A DNA stretch of 63,589 nucleotides, the filler included, from Octopus bimaculoides (lineage: Eukaryota): the NCBI RefSeq assembly GCF_001194135.2. It is 6 parts of 6 records of this genome, joined end to end, with 100 filler letters (N's around TTAATTAATTAA, not from the genome) between each part and the next. Parts side by side here need not be neighbours in the genome. Positions count along the whole stretch, not along the records: positions 21,432 to 45,523 come from NC_068990.1; 5 more parts are not named here. One strand, 5' to 3'. The translations under genes were made by a program, and so were the position numbers. Positions 22,302 to 36,269 of this stretch are shown piece by piece (the stretch's first letter is position 1; each line of letters begins with the position of its first letter). Under the pieces are notes generated by a model. The model worked only from the letters and a program-made list of their open reading frames with translations. It searched no databases and was not told the origin of the DNA.

Positions 22302-22906
22302 AACTATTCCTTGTATTTATAAAACATTAGCAAACTTTTTGCTATGACCGTCCCGAAATACAACAATATATCTATCTTAACAATACTAAAACTCTAGAGA
22401 TGTTTGTGTGTACCTGAAATATCTCAGTAATAGTATATTTTATCTTAGTTTTTTTGGGTTTTTTTTTTGCATATCTATTTTCATACCTTTATTTATTTAT
22501 TTTCATACCTACCTTTGGCAGTGCAGTACAATTTTTTAATATTTGGACCTCTATTTATTAATGTTTGTTATTTCTTGACGAAAAAAATGCATGGCGTCCA
22601 TGAGGTCAATACACATACACACATATATAATGAATGCCATGGCGTGTCAATCAACACAAATACACGTCCGCTATCCGTGACATACACACACACATAGTCT
22701 TCGATCTCTAAGAAAAAATTTTTTGACATTTTGAAGTACATAATATTTTAATCAGTTAAAAATATTTTTAACTGAATGTGATTTCAAAAATGTAAGTTGT
22801 TTGTAAAGTAAGTATCTATATTTTAGCTTTCTTTAAGCAAACAATATTTTAATGTTTTTTTAATATTATTTTCAAGTGAATGGCGATCGTTCACTTGTCA
22901 TCCGGA

Positions 22907-23267
22907 GTTCGTTAATTTCCGTAAAAAGTTTTATTTATTTACTTTTGTGTTAAAGTGAAAGAGGAGAAAGTGAAAGATGTATGTACGTGTATATGAAACG
23001 CGCGTGTGTATGTGTGAAAGAGAGAGAGAGGAAGAGAGAGTGGACGAGAAAGAGAGATACAAAAAGAGGGAGAGAGAGAAAGAGAGGGAGAGAGAGAAGG
23101 AGAGGGAGAGAGAGAAAGAGAGGGAGAGCGAGTAAAGGGGTGCGTTGTCATGTATACGTACATACATCAATACATATGCATACATCTTTTTTGTGTGTAC
23201 GTGTACATGTGTGTGAGAGAGAGTGAGTGAGTGAACGTGTGTATTCTCATGTATGTGTAAGTGGCAT

Positions 23268-23316
<49 letters not shown>

Positions 23317-23419
23317 TACGTCCATTTCATATTCACATTCATACATCTTTCACTTTCTCCTCTCTTTCACTTTAAAACAAAAGTAAATAAATAAAAAAAA
23401 ATCACGGAAATTAACGAAC
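22907..23419. mobile_element. MITE-like element with about 80-bp terminal inverted repeats around microsatellites
   Basis: gttcgttaatttccgt..aaagatgtatg at the left is mirrored by catacatcttt..acggaaattaacgaac at the right. Confidence 0.75.
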
Positions 23420-23649
23420 AAAACCAGCTGTCATTCCTGCTACTGTAGTGGTAGCTGGAAAAGCTACCGCTGCTATAAGGATCAGATACCACCCCAGTCT
23501 CATAAATGACCCCTTTTTGATTTCACATTGGCCTCCCAACAGGCAGCTGCTGTAGTCCCTGCATGTGCATCCCACCATACTCGTGGCCTAGGGGTGTTAA
23601 CTAAAATACTCTTAATATTGGTGGCACAGCTAAAAGAGACTCTTAGGTT

Positions 23650-24770
23650 GTCTGTTGAATATACATTCATACCTATGTGACTGTCAAAAGTGCTTATCTA
23701 CTAGTCTAAAGTATATCCTACCTACACACGTTTTTACATTGAAGGAGAGATGAGGAGAACCAAATGAAATTTTGATGGTGATTCCTTCTATGGATGTTAG
23801 GGTTTAGCATGTAGAAGATGTGATCCTTAAACCCTAGCAGCTAGGGTCTCATTATAGTAGGGGGCTGCTACATCAAAAATTACTTGGCTAGAGAAAAACT
23901 CGAGACCCTCTTGCTGAAACCCTTCACCAGGTTTTTGAACATGATGGGTGGGTGGGTGGTAGGAGCCTGTGTTGATATATGCCTACCTCTCATTTGGCTT
24001 GTGGTAAGACCTGTATGCACCAGAACCCAAGTTGAGCATAATATCTAAGAAGTCTGCAGTGGTGAGGTTGGTCTTGATTGTAATTTTCAGTCCCAAGAAG
24101 CTATGGATTCTAATCAGATTTTTCTAAGCCTATCTAGGGTGTGCCAATTAGCCCCTCTTCAGATAGCCAGGGCATCATCTCTGTAGAGATCAAAGAGGAC
24201 AGAGGAGAATTTCTTCTTTAGGGTATCCAGGATGTACAGCCTAATGAAGTTGCATACATCAGTGCCTAATGAAGTTGCATACATCAGTGCCCCCTTTGCT
24301 ACATCAAAAGAGCCCATAGGGTCAGTTTGCTAGACCCATGTTGAACTTTTATTGAACAGCACTATTTTCCTGGCATCCATGATGATATCTATGTCCCTAT
24401 AGCTAATGTAAGTGAAGCCCCTAGTGAAGGAAAATGTTTTGACCAGTAACCCATTCGATATAGATGGGTAAAAATTGTTGAACTGGGTAAACCTTGCTCT
24501 GCCCTTCTTTGAGTATTAGACCAATCACTTTATTAGTACTATGCCATAGGGACAGGTTGGTGCTTCTCCTTATATCGTTGTTGAAGTTCTCCAGTATGTG
24601 CTTGCTCACCAGACTGGTCTGAGATTTAGTCACATTGATCAGGTGGCACTCGGGGCAAATTCAGGTCATGGTCTTTGATAGTGATGAAGGCATTCCTTTT
24701 GGTTAAAATTTCTACTCTATCTGTTATATCTAAGTTATTGGCTAACTGTTTGGCTTCACTCTTGATATTG
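23650..24770 (-). mobile_element. Decayed Penelope-like reverse transcriptase
   Basis: Broken frames give FITIKDH, SKHILENFNNDIRRSTNL..W.STNKVI, MGSFD..EVCELVGLYILD, LYRDDAL and DFLDI.LNL, typical of PLE RT. Confidence 0.85.
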
Positions 24771-25731
24771 TATGTGTCTATATATGTCGTATATATATAT
24801 ATATATATATATNNNNNNNNNNNNNNNNNNNNNNNNNNNNNNNNNNNNNNNNNNNNNNNNNNNNNNNNNNNNNNNNNNNNNNNNNNNNNNNNNNNNNNNN
24901 NNNNNNNNNNNNNNNNNNNNNNNNNNNNNNNNNNNNNNNNNNNNNNNNNNNNNNNNNNNNNNNNNNNNNNNNNNNNNNNNNNNNNNNNNNNNNNNNNNNN
25001 NNNNNNNNNNNNNNNNNNNNNNNNNNNNNNNNNNNNNNNNNNNNNNNNNNNNNNNNNNNNNNNNNNNNNNNNNNNNNNNNNNNNNNNNNNNNNNNNNNNN
25101 NNNNNNNNNNNNNNNNNNNNNNNNNNNNNNNNNNNNNNNNNNNNNNNNNNNNNNNNNNNNNNNNNNNNNNNNNNNNNNNNNNNNNNNNNNNNNNNNNNNN
25201 NNNNNNNNNNNNNNNNNNNNNNNNNNNNNNNNNNNNNNNNNNNNNNNNNNNNNNNNNNNNNNNNNNNNNNNNNNNNNNNNNNNNNNNNNNNNNNNNNNNN
25301 NNNNNNNNNNNNNNNNNNNNNNNNNNNNNNNNNNNNNNNNNNNNNNNNNNNNNNNNNNNNNNNNNNNNNNNNNNNNNNNNNNNNNNNNNNNNNNNNNNNN
25401 NNNNNNNNNNNNNNNNNNNNNNNNNNNNNNNNNNNNNNNNNNNNNNNNNNNNNNNNNNNNNNNNNNNNNNNNNNNNNNNNNNNNNNNNNNNNNNNNNNNN
25501 NNNNNNNNNNNNNNNNNNNNNNNNNNNNNNNNNNNNNNNNNNNNNNNNNNNNNNNNNNNNNNNNNNNNNNNNNNNNNNNNNNNNNNNNNNNNNNNNNNNN
25601 NNNNNNNNNNNNNNNNNNNNNNNNNNNNNNNNNNNNNNNNNNNNNNNNNNNNNNNNNNNNNNNNNNNNNNNNNNNNNNNNNNNNNNNNNNNNNNNNNNNN
25701 NNNNNNNNNNNNNNNNNNNNNNNNNNNNNNN

Positions 25732-25774
<43 letters not shown>

Positions 25775-26705
25775 TCATTATTATCATTTAACATTCATTT
25801 TCAATGCTGGTATATGTTGGATGGTTTGACAAAATCTGGCAAGCTGCAGAGCTATGTCAAACTCCAGTGTTAGCTTTGACATAGTTTCTTCAGCTAGATA
25901 CCCTTCCTAACACCAGTCACTTTACAATGTGTGCTGGGTGTATTTTTCGTGCCGGTGACACTAGTGAGGTCACCAAGTAACTTGGAAGATGAGAATAAAA
26001 CAGAAGAAAGGAAAAGGGGGGAAAAACAACTAAGTAGGGGGGAATATTTGAGGAGAGCAGTGGTTTTACGCCAGGAGTTAAAAAACTAAAGTATTGTAAT
26101 TGTTTAAGCCCAGGTGTCTTGATATAGAGGAGATACAAGGCTACCCTGCATTATAGAAGGGTGGGTGGGAGTTACTACAAGAGATGGTGAAATACTAGAG
26201 CATCTCAAGGTACAATGGGAGTATAAAAGAGGATACAGACAGTGAATTAGGGGAAGAAGGGTAGTTTCAGAAGTATATGAAGGGAGAGTGATAAATAGTT
26301 AGAAATGGTGTCAAGGTGAAATGTAGTAAGTGATGAATAAGAGTGGATTGCAGTTGATAGGAAATACCCATGTGGAGGGTGGTAATGTGGGAGACATAGA
26401 ACTGGCTGAGGAAGGGGTATAGGTCAACAAGCTGGGAGTGATGTGTAAGGTGGAGAGAACGGTGGGAAGGGAGGTGTAGAAGGACATAAGCTGTAGTAGG
26501 TAAGGTGTTTATGGCCAGCATGGGAGTGTGTTGAGAATGAAAGCAGAAATAATTAATTCGTTTTATTGGCCACAAGGGCTAATATCAATTAAAACANNNN
26601 NNNNNNNNNNNNNNNNNNNNNNNNNNNNNNNNNNNNNNNNNNNNNNNNNNNNNNNNNNNNNNNNNNNNNNNNNNNNNNNNNNNNNNNNNNNNNNNNATAT
26701 ATATA

Positions 26706-26738
<33 letters not shown>

Positions 26739-26880
26739 ATATATTACAAGCAGAAGGACCCAGTTTCACTCGGGTTATAAACTCATAGCCTGAACGCAGT
26801 ACTGTTTGTTTGTAGTGTAATACTTACTTTTAATATTCAAGAACACAGGTTCCGAAAGGAAATAGAAGCAGTTATACATA

Positions 26881-27773
26881 TGTGGTCTGATCAATATGTA
26901 TCCAGACTGTTGCTATAGCAACGACACTAAAGCATGTAGAGTTAAGCTGCTTGGCACAGATTGACTTTGAACTCTGCTGTGCATGCGCACTAAGTTTTAA
27001 CATTCTAGCTCACTTCCACTGTTTACAGCAGTGCTTGGAAGGAAGGTGTGTAGCATGTGATCATCTCATTGACCATGACAGAGAAAGTTGAGCAGAGAAT
27101 ATGCATCAAATTTTGCCAAAAACTTGGCAATACCTGCTTAGAGGCCTGTGCAAATTTTCCAAAAAGTTTTTAATTCTTCTTGACACAATCAAGATCTTGT
27201 GCAACTGAAACCCAAGTGTCTTTTTGGTCAGCTGAAAGCAGTTTTGGCACAGACTTAGCAGACACACATCTCATACCCAAATTTTCAGTGATAATGGACT
27301 GAACTGAACTGTAACTAATCTGCAGATCCTCTGATAACTCACAGATGGTGATGTGACAATTTCCCCTCACAGCTGCACCCACATCTGTGATGTTTTGCTC
27401 AGTTCTGCTGGTTGCAGGTCTCCCAGAATGTTTGTCAATATCAACATTTTTTCAGCCATCTTGGAAATGTCTGAACCACTTGCACATTTGTATGCAGTTC
27501 ATACACTCCTCTCCATACACTTTTTGAAACTTTGCATAGGCCTCTGAGCAGGTATCACCATCACAACTTTCTCTGTCATTGTTAATATGACAATCACACA
27601 CTACACAAGTTCATTCCAAGCACTGCTGTAAACAGTAGAAGTGAGCTAGAATGTTAAAATTTAGTGTGCATGCACAGCAGAGTTCAAGGTCAATTTTTAC
27701 CAAGCAGCTTCACTCTACATGCTTTTGCTTCATTATAATGGCAACAGTCCAGATACTTATTGATCAGACCTCA
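26881..27773. mobile_element. Non-autonomous mariner derivative made of two head-to-head 5' ends
   Basis: TA|TGTGGTCTGATCAA ... TTGATCAGACCTCA|TA. 26881-27160 is inverted relative to 27520-27773; both arms run into the transposase start (MTEKVEQRICIKFCQKLG). Confidence 0.85.
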
Positions 27774-29324
27774 TAAATGTGCATGTCTAGGTTGTGGTAG
27801 TTGCTACATCAATACTGGAAGTAAACATTGAAAATCCTGTTGCTACGTCAATACCAGAAGTTGACATTGAAAAACCTTTTAAAGAAGTGGATCATATATA
27901 TAAAGCAATATTACTGAGTTTATTTAGTTTTAATTAAAAAAATAAATGAACACCCTATTATGTATCTGAGGTCAAATTATTCATGTACCCCAAGTACGGA
28001 ACCAATTCACACAGCCGTTTTTGCGTGAAAAGTGAATACACACCCATCCAGTGGTCTATTTTATATAATAGACAATAATGAGGTAGTTTATGTCTCTGAA
28101 ACTTAGTGGATGCCCTTCCTAACACCAACCACTCCACGGAGTAGACACAATGCTTTTTACGTGGCACTAGCACAGGTGAAGTTAATTTTGGCATGATTTT
28201 TACTGCTAGGTGCCTTTCCAAACATCAACCACCTTACAGTGTGGACTGGGTGCTTTTAACATGGCACCAGCACTGGCAGGGTAACCAAGTAACTCACAAG
28301 ACAAGGAATTATGAGAGGAGCAGGGACATTTCAGGAGTGGAACTTGTGTCAGAGGATGAAAGGTTAGGGTGTGACAAAGAGCCAGAGAGACAGAAGCAGG
28401 TGTCTTGCCACAACAGAGGGGGCATTAGATGAGGTGATCCAGTATCGGATGATGAAAGTTTAGAGTGTGACAGTGAAATAGAGAGGCAGCAATAGGTGTC
28501 TTGCTATAGAGAAGGTATATGGTTACCCAGTGAGAGAGAGAGAGAGAGAGAGAGGTATAAGAAAAAGGCCAGAAACAAGCCTGCTGATGTAAAGGAGATA
28601 TTTGGTTACCTAGTCAGTGGGAAAATGCCAAGTATATTAAAGGTTTATATGTCAATACTGTGTCCTACATCTTGCGTTAGCAATGTGATTCAATCACTTT
28701 TAAGTTATCTTTACAAATACTAATAGAATTTAGAACCAGCACTGAAAGTTACTGTTTTGTATATGAATACATCTAAACAAACAATACATTAGAAGATAAA
28801 AAAAAAACAGGTAACGGCTGTATATGCCACACTTCAGGAGCCACTGCTCCCTCCTCAACACCACATCCAACCTGTAATCATCCACAAACACATTGAGACA
28901 GCTTAAATATGATTACATCTCACAAAAAGTAGGACAGAGTATCAACTTATAAACCTTTAATATACATGTTAGTACATTGTGGTTTCAAAATGAAATATGG
29001 TGTCCCTACTAACTATTGATATATATGTACTGGTTGCCTGAGATATGTTTAATATGTAAATTGGTGTATCCAATTGAGTTACACTCCTAAACTTAGTGGC
29101 TATTGAAGCAATGTGTTTGTGAGTGGTTGACGGGTTGGATATGGTGCTGAAAAAGGAGCAAGAACACCTGTTACCCACTTTTCCATCCTCAGTTGCATGT
29201 TTACATAGATGCATTTAGATACGAAACATAACCTTCAGTGCCTGCTCCAATTACTTTAGAAACTCTGTAGAGACAACTTAAAAGTGATATATATATATAA
29301 GTATCATCATCATCATCATCATTA

Positions 29325-30045
29325 TCATCATCATCATCATCATCTAACATCCGTCATCTGTGCTGGCATGAGTGGGTTGGTTTGACCAGAGCTGGTAAGC
29401 TGGGGAGTTGTACAAAACTCCAGTCTGACCTGGTATGGCTTCCACAGCTGGATACCCCTCCTAACATCAACCACTTTACACAATGTGCTGGGTGACATTG
29501 CATGAGTGCTTTTACATGGCACCACACAGGTGCTTTTACATGACACTGCACAGGTGCTTTTAAGTGGCACCACCATGAATGCTTTACACCATCAGAATGA
29601 TCAGTCTTAACACTTCTACTGTGGAGTACAGCAAGGTGCCAGACATCTTGGTCCTTTGTATTCTCACCTGAAAAGTTCAGCATCCTGAGGTTGTTCTTCA
29701 GCACTTCATCCCATATCTTCCTGGGTCCGCCACTTCCACATGCTCCATCCACTTATGTCCTCTGCATTCAGGCCCACGTTTCACTACCATGTAGATTTGC
29801 CATTGGTATACATGTATCATACAATCTTCCCTTTACTTGGAGAGAGAAAACCTTCACAGCCAACAGAAGTAACAGCTTTCTGAATTTCGTCCTTCCTATT
29901 CTTATTCTAGCTATCATACTCTCTGTGCATCCTCCCCCATTGTTAATCTGGTCCCCCAGGTAGTAGAGATTATCTACTACCTCCAATGAACACCAAGGGC
30001 ATTTGAGAGAATCAATTTCCCAAGTCTTTAAAGTTTTTATGGTTC
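29325..30045 (-). mobile_element. RTE-like LINE 3' end with (GAT)n tail (related ends at 25780-25985, 47480-48178, 48781-48990, 61290-61740)
   Basis: LEVVDNLYYLGDQI..GGGC..S..ARIRIG..KF..LL.LL..K.FSL.VKGRLY..C...LHGSETW and GRPRKTW-type motifs. Confidence 0.8.
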
Positions 30046-30062
30046 CCGTGCCCATGCGCGTG

Positions 30063-30107
<45 letters not shown>

Positions 30108-31674
30108 CAACCTGTAGTACCTACTAATAAGCAAGTTATCTCAACAATGGGTAAGATATTTTATCTTTGTATACAAGATATAAAGTATTGACCCTTTGAC
30201 CCCTTTTGATGGAAATACAAGACCCTAGTGACTCAGCTCCCTATGGAGCAACTAAGTCCTTAGGTCTTGGTTGGAGACCCTTCAGGTTCTTTATGCTTAT
30301 GTGACTGATGCTCAGGCAATAAAGAGTTGATCTACAATAATGGAGATAATGTAATAAGTTGTGATCTTCCTTGAAATATACAAAAATATTTAAAAGTTGA
30401 AGTAGAAATTGGGTCACAATTTGTGTTGACCAAAATACTGCACTAACTAATAAAAGATAACTATTTCTTTGGCTTCAGATGTGAAGGCATGTAGCCTCAT
30501 GCTTAGGATGTTCAGGTCATGACTTTAACCTTATGAGTTCAATTCCAGGTCCAATTAATGCATTGTGTCCTTGAGTAAGGTACTTCGTTTACAGCTAAGT
30601 ATACTGGTACAACCGTCTCTCCTCCCTCCAGCTGTCACCTACTGCATGGCCCATTGGATCAAGGGAAGACTAACAAAATGTTCATATCTGCCCATGACTA
30701 CATAGACACCTTAAATAAAACATGTTACACTACCAAACCATACTTGCAAGGAACAGTTGGCTGTTGTTTGTTTATGCTCAAAATGAATTTTTGTATGGAA
30801 AGACATTGTGAAGTTCATTAAACCACATTGTACGGCTGGAACTTATTTTATCAATCCTGAACAGTTAAGCAGTAAAGCTATTTACTTTCTTTGGGTGAAA
30901 ACTAATTATTTTAAGTCAAATTTATTGTTTCAACCTTGAAGAAATTTTTTATGATTTTATAACCTTTGGCAAAGAAGCACAAATTTTAGATGTTGAGACA
31001 GAGTCAACTTGTAAACATTCCAGTACATTTCAATGCCTTGTTTTGTAATCCTTTGGTTTGAGGTTCCATTCCTTTGTCATTTGTTTTGGCCCCAGGTTGA
31101 TAAATGTAGAGTTTGAGAGGAATTTGGTAAATGGAAACTGTGTATAAGACATTGGTATGCCCCAAAAATTGACATCAACTAAGATTGGAACTTAGAATAT
31201 AGATGAACAAAACTAATAACAGTAAAGAATTTAGTCTGGTAAACTACCGTCTGTGACATTCTACAGTTTTTATAGGAAGAGAAATGAAGAGCTTACTTTC
31301 AAAACCAGATATATGCATCGAAATGACTTTTGAGTAATTGTTTAAAGCAACTTAAATATATCTGATTTTGATTGGATGACTATGTTTCACCTACTGTCTA
31401 TATAGCATTTATCCCAGTTATGGCCTGGTATTTTGGAAGATATAATTAGTGGTATAAATAGACCTAACAATAGTTAGATGATGACAGTTGGAAAAGGAAA
31501 ATTTATAAGTAATATTACTACTGTTGTCAACAAACACTTTACTGTTTCCACAAAACACACACTATAGCAATGAATTGTGTATCAAAGAAATGTTGCTTAA
31601 TCCCAGATTAGCAAGACTCTCTGCAATCAAAAGTATTCTAACCATGATCATCCCACCTTTTCGGATGTAGCTTA

Positions 31675-32475
31675 CAAATTGGTATCAAAAAGTTCTCAGA
31701 CTACTCCTGTAGCATGCCAACAGATGGCAGCACATGGTTGCATGTGCAATGGGAGCTGGCAGTGACCTTCTTAGGCAGTGTACTAAATAACATCACTGTT
31801 TTTACTTTACAAGTCATGAAATTAGTGTTTTTGTGATCATATGTATGCTGTAGTCTGCAAATTTTGTCATGAACAGGGAGTCGGAACAAAGAGCCAATGT
31901 GAAATTTTGTGTTAAACTTTGAAAGTCTGGTACAGAGACATTAAGCATACCTTGGTGAGCTTACAGTGATGAGACAATGGGTCATATGCAATGTTTTGAA
32001 TGACACAGGCATTTCAAAATTGGAAGAACGTCCTTGGAAGATGATGAGCAAGTTAGAAGACCTGTTACAATCATCACACCTGGGAATGTGGGGAAAATTC
32101 ATCAGCTTGTGCATGAAGATCATCATTAAGTGAAAGGGACCAGATCTGTGGAGCGCAAAGAATTGGATTCTTCATGACAACAATGCCCCCTGTGACTGAG
32201 CTCTCCTCACCATGAGTTTCTCACCAAAAACAACATGGTTTCACTTCTGCACCCACCCTATTGCTAGCTTTAGCACCTGCAGATTTCCATCTCTTCCCCA
32301 AGATGAAAATGCAGCTTGAAGGTTGCCATTTTAACATCGTTGTCAAGAATTACAGGTGGTCCTCGACGTGCTTACAGAAAATGACTTCCAGGCAAGATTC
32401 CAAAAGTGGCAGAAATGCTGGGACCAGTGTATTGCTGTGCAAGGTGACTGTCTGAAAGGAGATGATGTTAAAATT
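31675..32475 (+). mobile_element. Internally deleted mariner
   Basis: EQRANVKFCVKL, LHDNNAP, HPPY..LAPADFHLFPKMK fragments with the central DDE region missing. Confidence 0.8.
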
Positions 32476-32942
32476 TAGGTAGGCTGGCATTAGGAAGGGT
32501 ATATACAGGTGAAGTGGTGAAGAAGAGATAGAATGATAAAGGATAATGTTAAAAGGGGATAAATATGGATAAATGTGGTAAAATCTATTGTTACACAGGT
32601 CATTTGGCACAATGAAAGATGAAAATGTTATGAAATGTATGGGAGAACAGGAGATAGGGATGTAACATGGCTATAATAGCTGAGAGATAACTGAATGGAG
32701 ATATTGAATGTTCCAGCCTCCATCACTACTACTATTTCTACATTTGCTTTGCTATGCTTGCAAAGCTTGATTAGGTCTTCTCCAGCACAGACTATCACCA
32801 TTAATAGTGGTGTTTTTGTCATTTCCCTTCTTGAGATCCCTCTTTATTACTTTGTTCTACATCTTCCTTAGTCGCTCTCTTCCACAATATTCATCTGTTT
32901 CAAATATTTGGTACTTGTTAATACATCTCGTATTCTCCATAT

Positions 32943-33280
32943 GTGAAGGCACATGGCTCAGTGGTTAGAGCGTCGAACTTATGACCGTGAGGTTGTGAAT
33001 TCGATTCCTGGACCAGGCTGTGTGTTGTGTTCTTGAGCAAGACATTTTATTTCATGTTGCTCCAGTTCACTCAGCTGTAGAAATGAGTTGCAACGTCACT
33101 GGTGCCAAGCTGTATAGGCCCTTGCCTTTCCCTTGGATAAAATTGGTGGCATGGAGAGGGGAGGTTGGTATGCATGGGCGACTGCTGGTTTTCCTTAAAC
33201 AACCTTGCCCGGACTTGTGTCTCAGAGGGTAACTTTCTAGGTGCAATCCCATGGTCATTCATGACTGAAGGGGGTCTCCG
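32943..33280 (+). mobile_element. tRNA-derived SINE, third family (related copies at about 30483 and 51760)
   Basis: A box TGGCTCAGTGGTTAG and B-box-like TTCGATTCC, followed by cttgagcaagac. Confidence 0.7.
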
Positions 33281-34014
33281 ATTCTCCATATGCATTACTT
33301 GATCAGTCTTCTCCATTGCTCACTACATCTGATTCTAACTTTTCTCTTGTAGGGAAGTCTAAAATCAAAACCTTATTTTAGTAACTAGAATTCGATCACA
33401 TTTAGATCAGGTGGTGTGCCCTGAATACTAACCAATTAGCCGGCAGAAATATCACTTCATATTATAGAATGTTCTGTCATGTTGCAATTGTTCCCATGCA
33501 AAAAGGGGTTATACAAGCAACAAGCACAGCAGAGGTGGCAAAGGATCTGATGCATGCAGTACATGCATGGGTGCTGTAGGGGTTAGAAATTTCAGAAAAG
33601 ATAAACAAACATGTGATACTTGGTCCCTGCTCAACCTGAGTTTAAAAAGAATCTTTTTGTCCACAGTTCTTTTCTTTAAGCATGTATTATGAACACAACA
33701 TCCTCACCTCCCACCACACACAAATTCTCAGTTAAAACAAACCAGAGATACACATAGTATGCATAGGCAACAAGCTCTTTAAACAGACCAGTTTTTTCTA
33801 TTTCTACTCAACTATGAAGAATAAAGTATCATTCCCACCTTTCACATGAAACCATTCATTTCTATTATCAATGTAACTATGAACTACGTTTGCTTCTAAC
33901 ACACCACTATACACTAACTGGTGAGCAAACATGTAATCATGTAAATATAATGCTTTACTCCTGTGAAAATAAATGCACATTAAACAACATTCAAAGTTGG
34001 TTTTATTATGGGAT

Positions 34015-34399
34015 GTTGTTGTTGGCACTCTGTCACTTACGACGTTGAGGGTTCCAGTTGATCCGATCAACGAAACAGCCTGCTCGGGAAATTAATGTGC
34101 AAGTGGCTGAGCATTCCACAGACACGTGTACCCTTAACGTAGTTCTCGGGGATATCCAGCGTGACACAGTGTGACAAGGCTGGCCCTTTGAATTACAAGC
34201 ACAACAGAAGCAGGAAGAAAGAGTGAGAGAAAGTTGTGGTGAAAGAGTACAGTAGGGTTCGCCACCATCCCCTGCCGGAGCCTCATGGAGCTTTTAGGTG
34301 TTTCCGCTCAATGAACACTCACAACGCCAGTCTGGGAATCGAAACTACGATCCTATGACCGCGAGTCCGCTGCCCTAACCACTGGACCATTGCGCCTCC
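34015..34399 (-). mobile_element. tRNA-derived SINE, OR1-like family (also 46122-46380 plus and 56101-56409 minus)
   Basis: Head GGAGGCGCAATGG.CCAGTGGTTAGGGCAGCGG with B box; the 34015 and 56101 copies are highly similar. Confidence 0.8.
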
Positions 34400-34996
34400 A
34401 CTATTATGGGATAACATGCAGCTAAACTTCATACCAATTAATTAAGACTCATCTAAGTAGCCCAACACTCTCAATTTATTTGTACTCATCTGTTGATACA
34501 TATTAACATTACACATTTGACAAAGCATTCTTGCCTCATTTCTTACCAATTCCACATTTAGAGCCTACATCTTACTACCAAACAGCATTACCTTTCATAC
34601 ACAAATATCAAACAACCCGTGCTTCACTCTAAGATTGCCTGCCAAGTGATAGCTCTCTAAACATCTTCCAACTCATTCTTCCACTAGTTACTATACTTTC
34701 AGAACACCCACCTCTATTACTAATCTTCCTGGCATTTGAAGGAATCTGTTCCACAAGAACTCTTCCATTTTAAAACAAAATTATAAAATATTATTTCATA
34801 AAATAAAAGTGTATATTTGAATGGAAGAACTGTGGAACTACAGACTTTGGTATGAACAGATGACAACACACAGACAGTGAGTATATCCAGAGCATTTATT
34901 CACATAAAACTTGTGAATTACACGTCCTCAAGAACAAAATCTAATTACTCTGTGTGTGTGTGCACGTGTGTGTGTGCACGTATGTGTGTGTGAATC

Positions 34997-35029
<33 letters not shown>

Positions 35030-36178
35030 ATCCATGCACTAAAAGAAATGCACACAGGTGAGAAATTGTTGCTAATTCTGTCCAAAGAAGAGAAATTATT
35101 TTATGATATTTACTCTAGTGAGGTCACAGAGATACTCCATTGTTACTGCTGCCATTGCAAATGTAGTAAATCGGGAACTGGTCAGTTTTAAAACTACCAG
35201 CAAAGATATCATTGTCCAGAAATACATGATATTAAAAGATAATTTGTTTTGAAAGACTGAAAAGTAAGATGGTAAGTTTTTGAAAGGTAATGTCCACAAA
35301 CTAGTTTCTATTATTATTTAAAGTGACTTTACCCACAGCACTATTGACCTTTAGAAATTCATAAACACAAGCAGTACCCATGGAAATTTCATAGTNNNNN
35401 NNNNNNNNNNNNNNNNNNNNNNNNNNNNNNNNNNNNNNNNNNNNNNNNNNNNNNNNNNNNNNNNNNNNNNNNNNNNNNNNNNNNNNNNNNNNNNNNNNNN
35501 NNNNNNNNNTATTTCTTTGTCCCCCCCCCTTTCTTCCCTTCCTCTCTCTCTATGTATATTTTTTATATTCAAGATATGACTTCTCTTGATGACATGAGCG
35601 TAACACAGATGAAACAGACAGAAACACAGGAACAGGCAAAATAATATTATAACTAGTAGGACCTGTATAAATTCCACAGAATGGAAAAAATTAAGAGGAA
35701 TAATTTAAGAAAGAAAAGATGATATGCCTTTTTATAGCGTTCATCATTTAGCATTCGTAAAATATTCTTGATATTTGTCTACATTCATTTCTTCATGTCT
35801 GTTGGTGTTGTCTTTTACCTCTTTTTATTAAACGTTCTTGCTGTTCCTCTCTGATCCATGCTCTGTATCTGCACATCCTTTCTTGGGCAGCATGCAACCG
35901 TGTTTCTTGTGAATCCAGAATTTAGACTAAATTGATCCTTATAAACAAATATCAATTTTTTAAGCAAGCAGATGATAAATAATTGCACTTATGTGTATGT
36001 GATGGCCACTATGAAAAAAATCAGTTCAATTAAAAAAATATTTTTCAATATCACACCACCTACACCACTGCTATTTGCCTCTCTCTCTCTCTCTCAATAT
36101 AATTGCCTTGTGCTTGAAACTCAAGAGTACCAATGAATTTGAATCAAACTGTTTTGATCCATGAGGATTATATATATA

Positions 36179-36269
36179 CTAGCAGAAATACCCGGCGTTG
36201 CCCGGGTTAAAGAGAATAATGAAATCTAAAAACGCTGTCTAGACTACGCATCATCTTTATATATAGAGA
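36179..36269 (-). mobile_element. Complete 91-bp non-autonomous Helitron
   Basis: A|TCTCTATATATAAAG 5' end; subterminal GC hairpin CCCGGGCAACGCCGGG; CTAG|T 3' end; no TSD. Confidence 0.8.

Noticed and set aside
24675-25829. Long ORFs of 300+ aa (also 36385-37494, 58352-59293, 11894-12335)
   Set aside because: Open only because they cross N gaps.
32943-33020. tRNA-like sequences with A and B boxes (many)
   Set aside because: They are SINE heads continuing into family-specific bodies; no complete cloverleaf.
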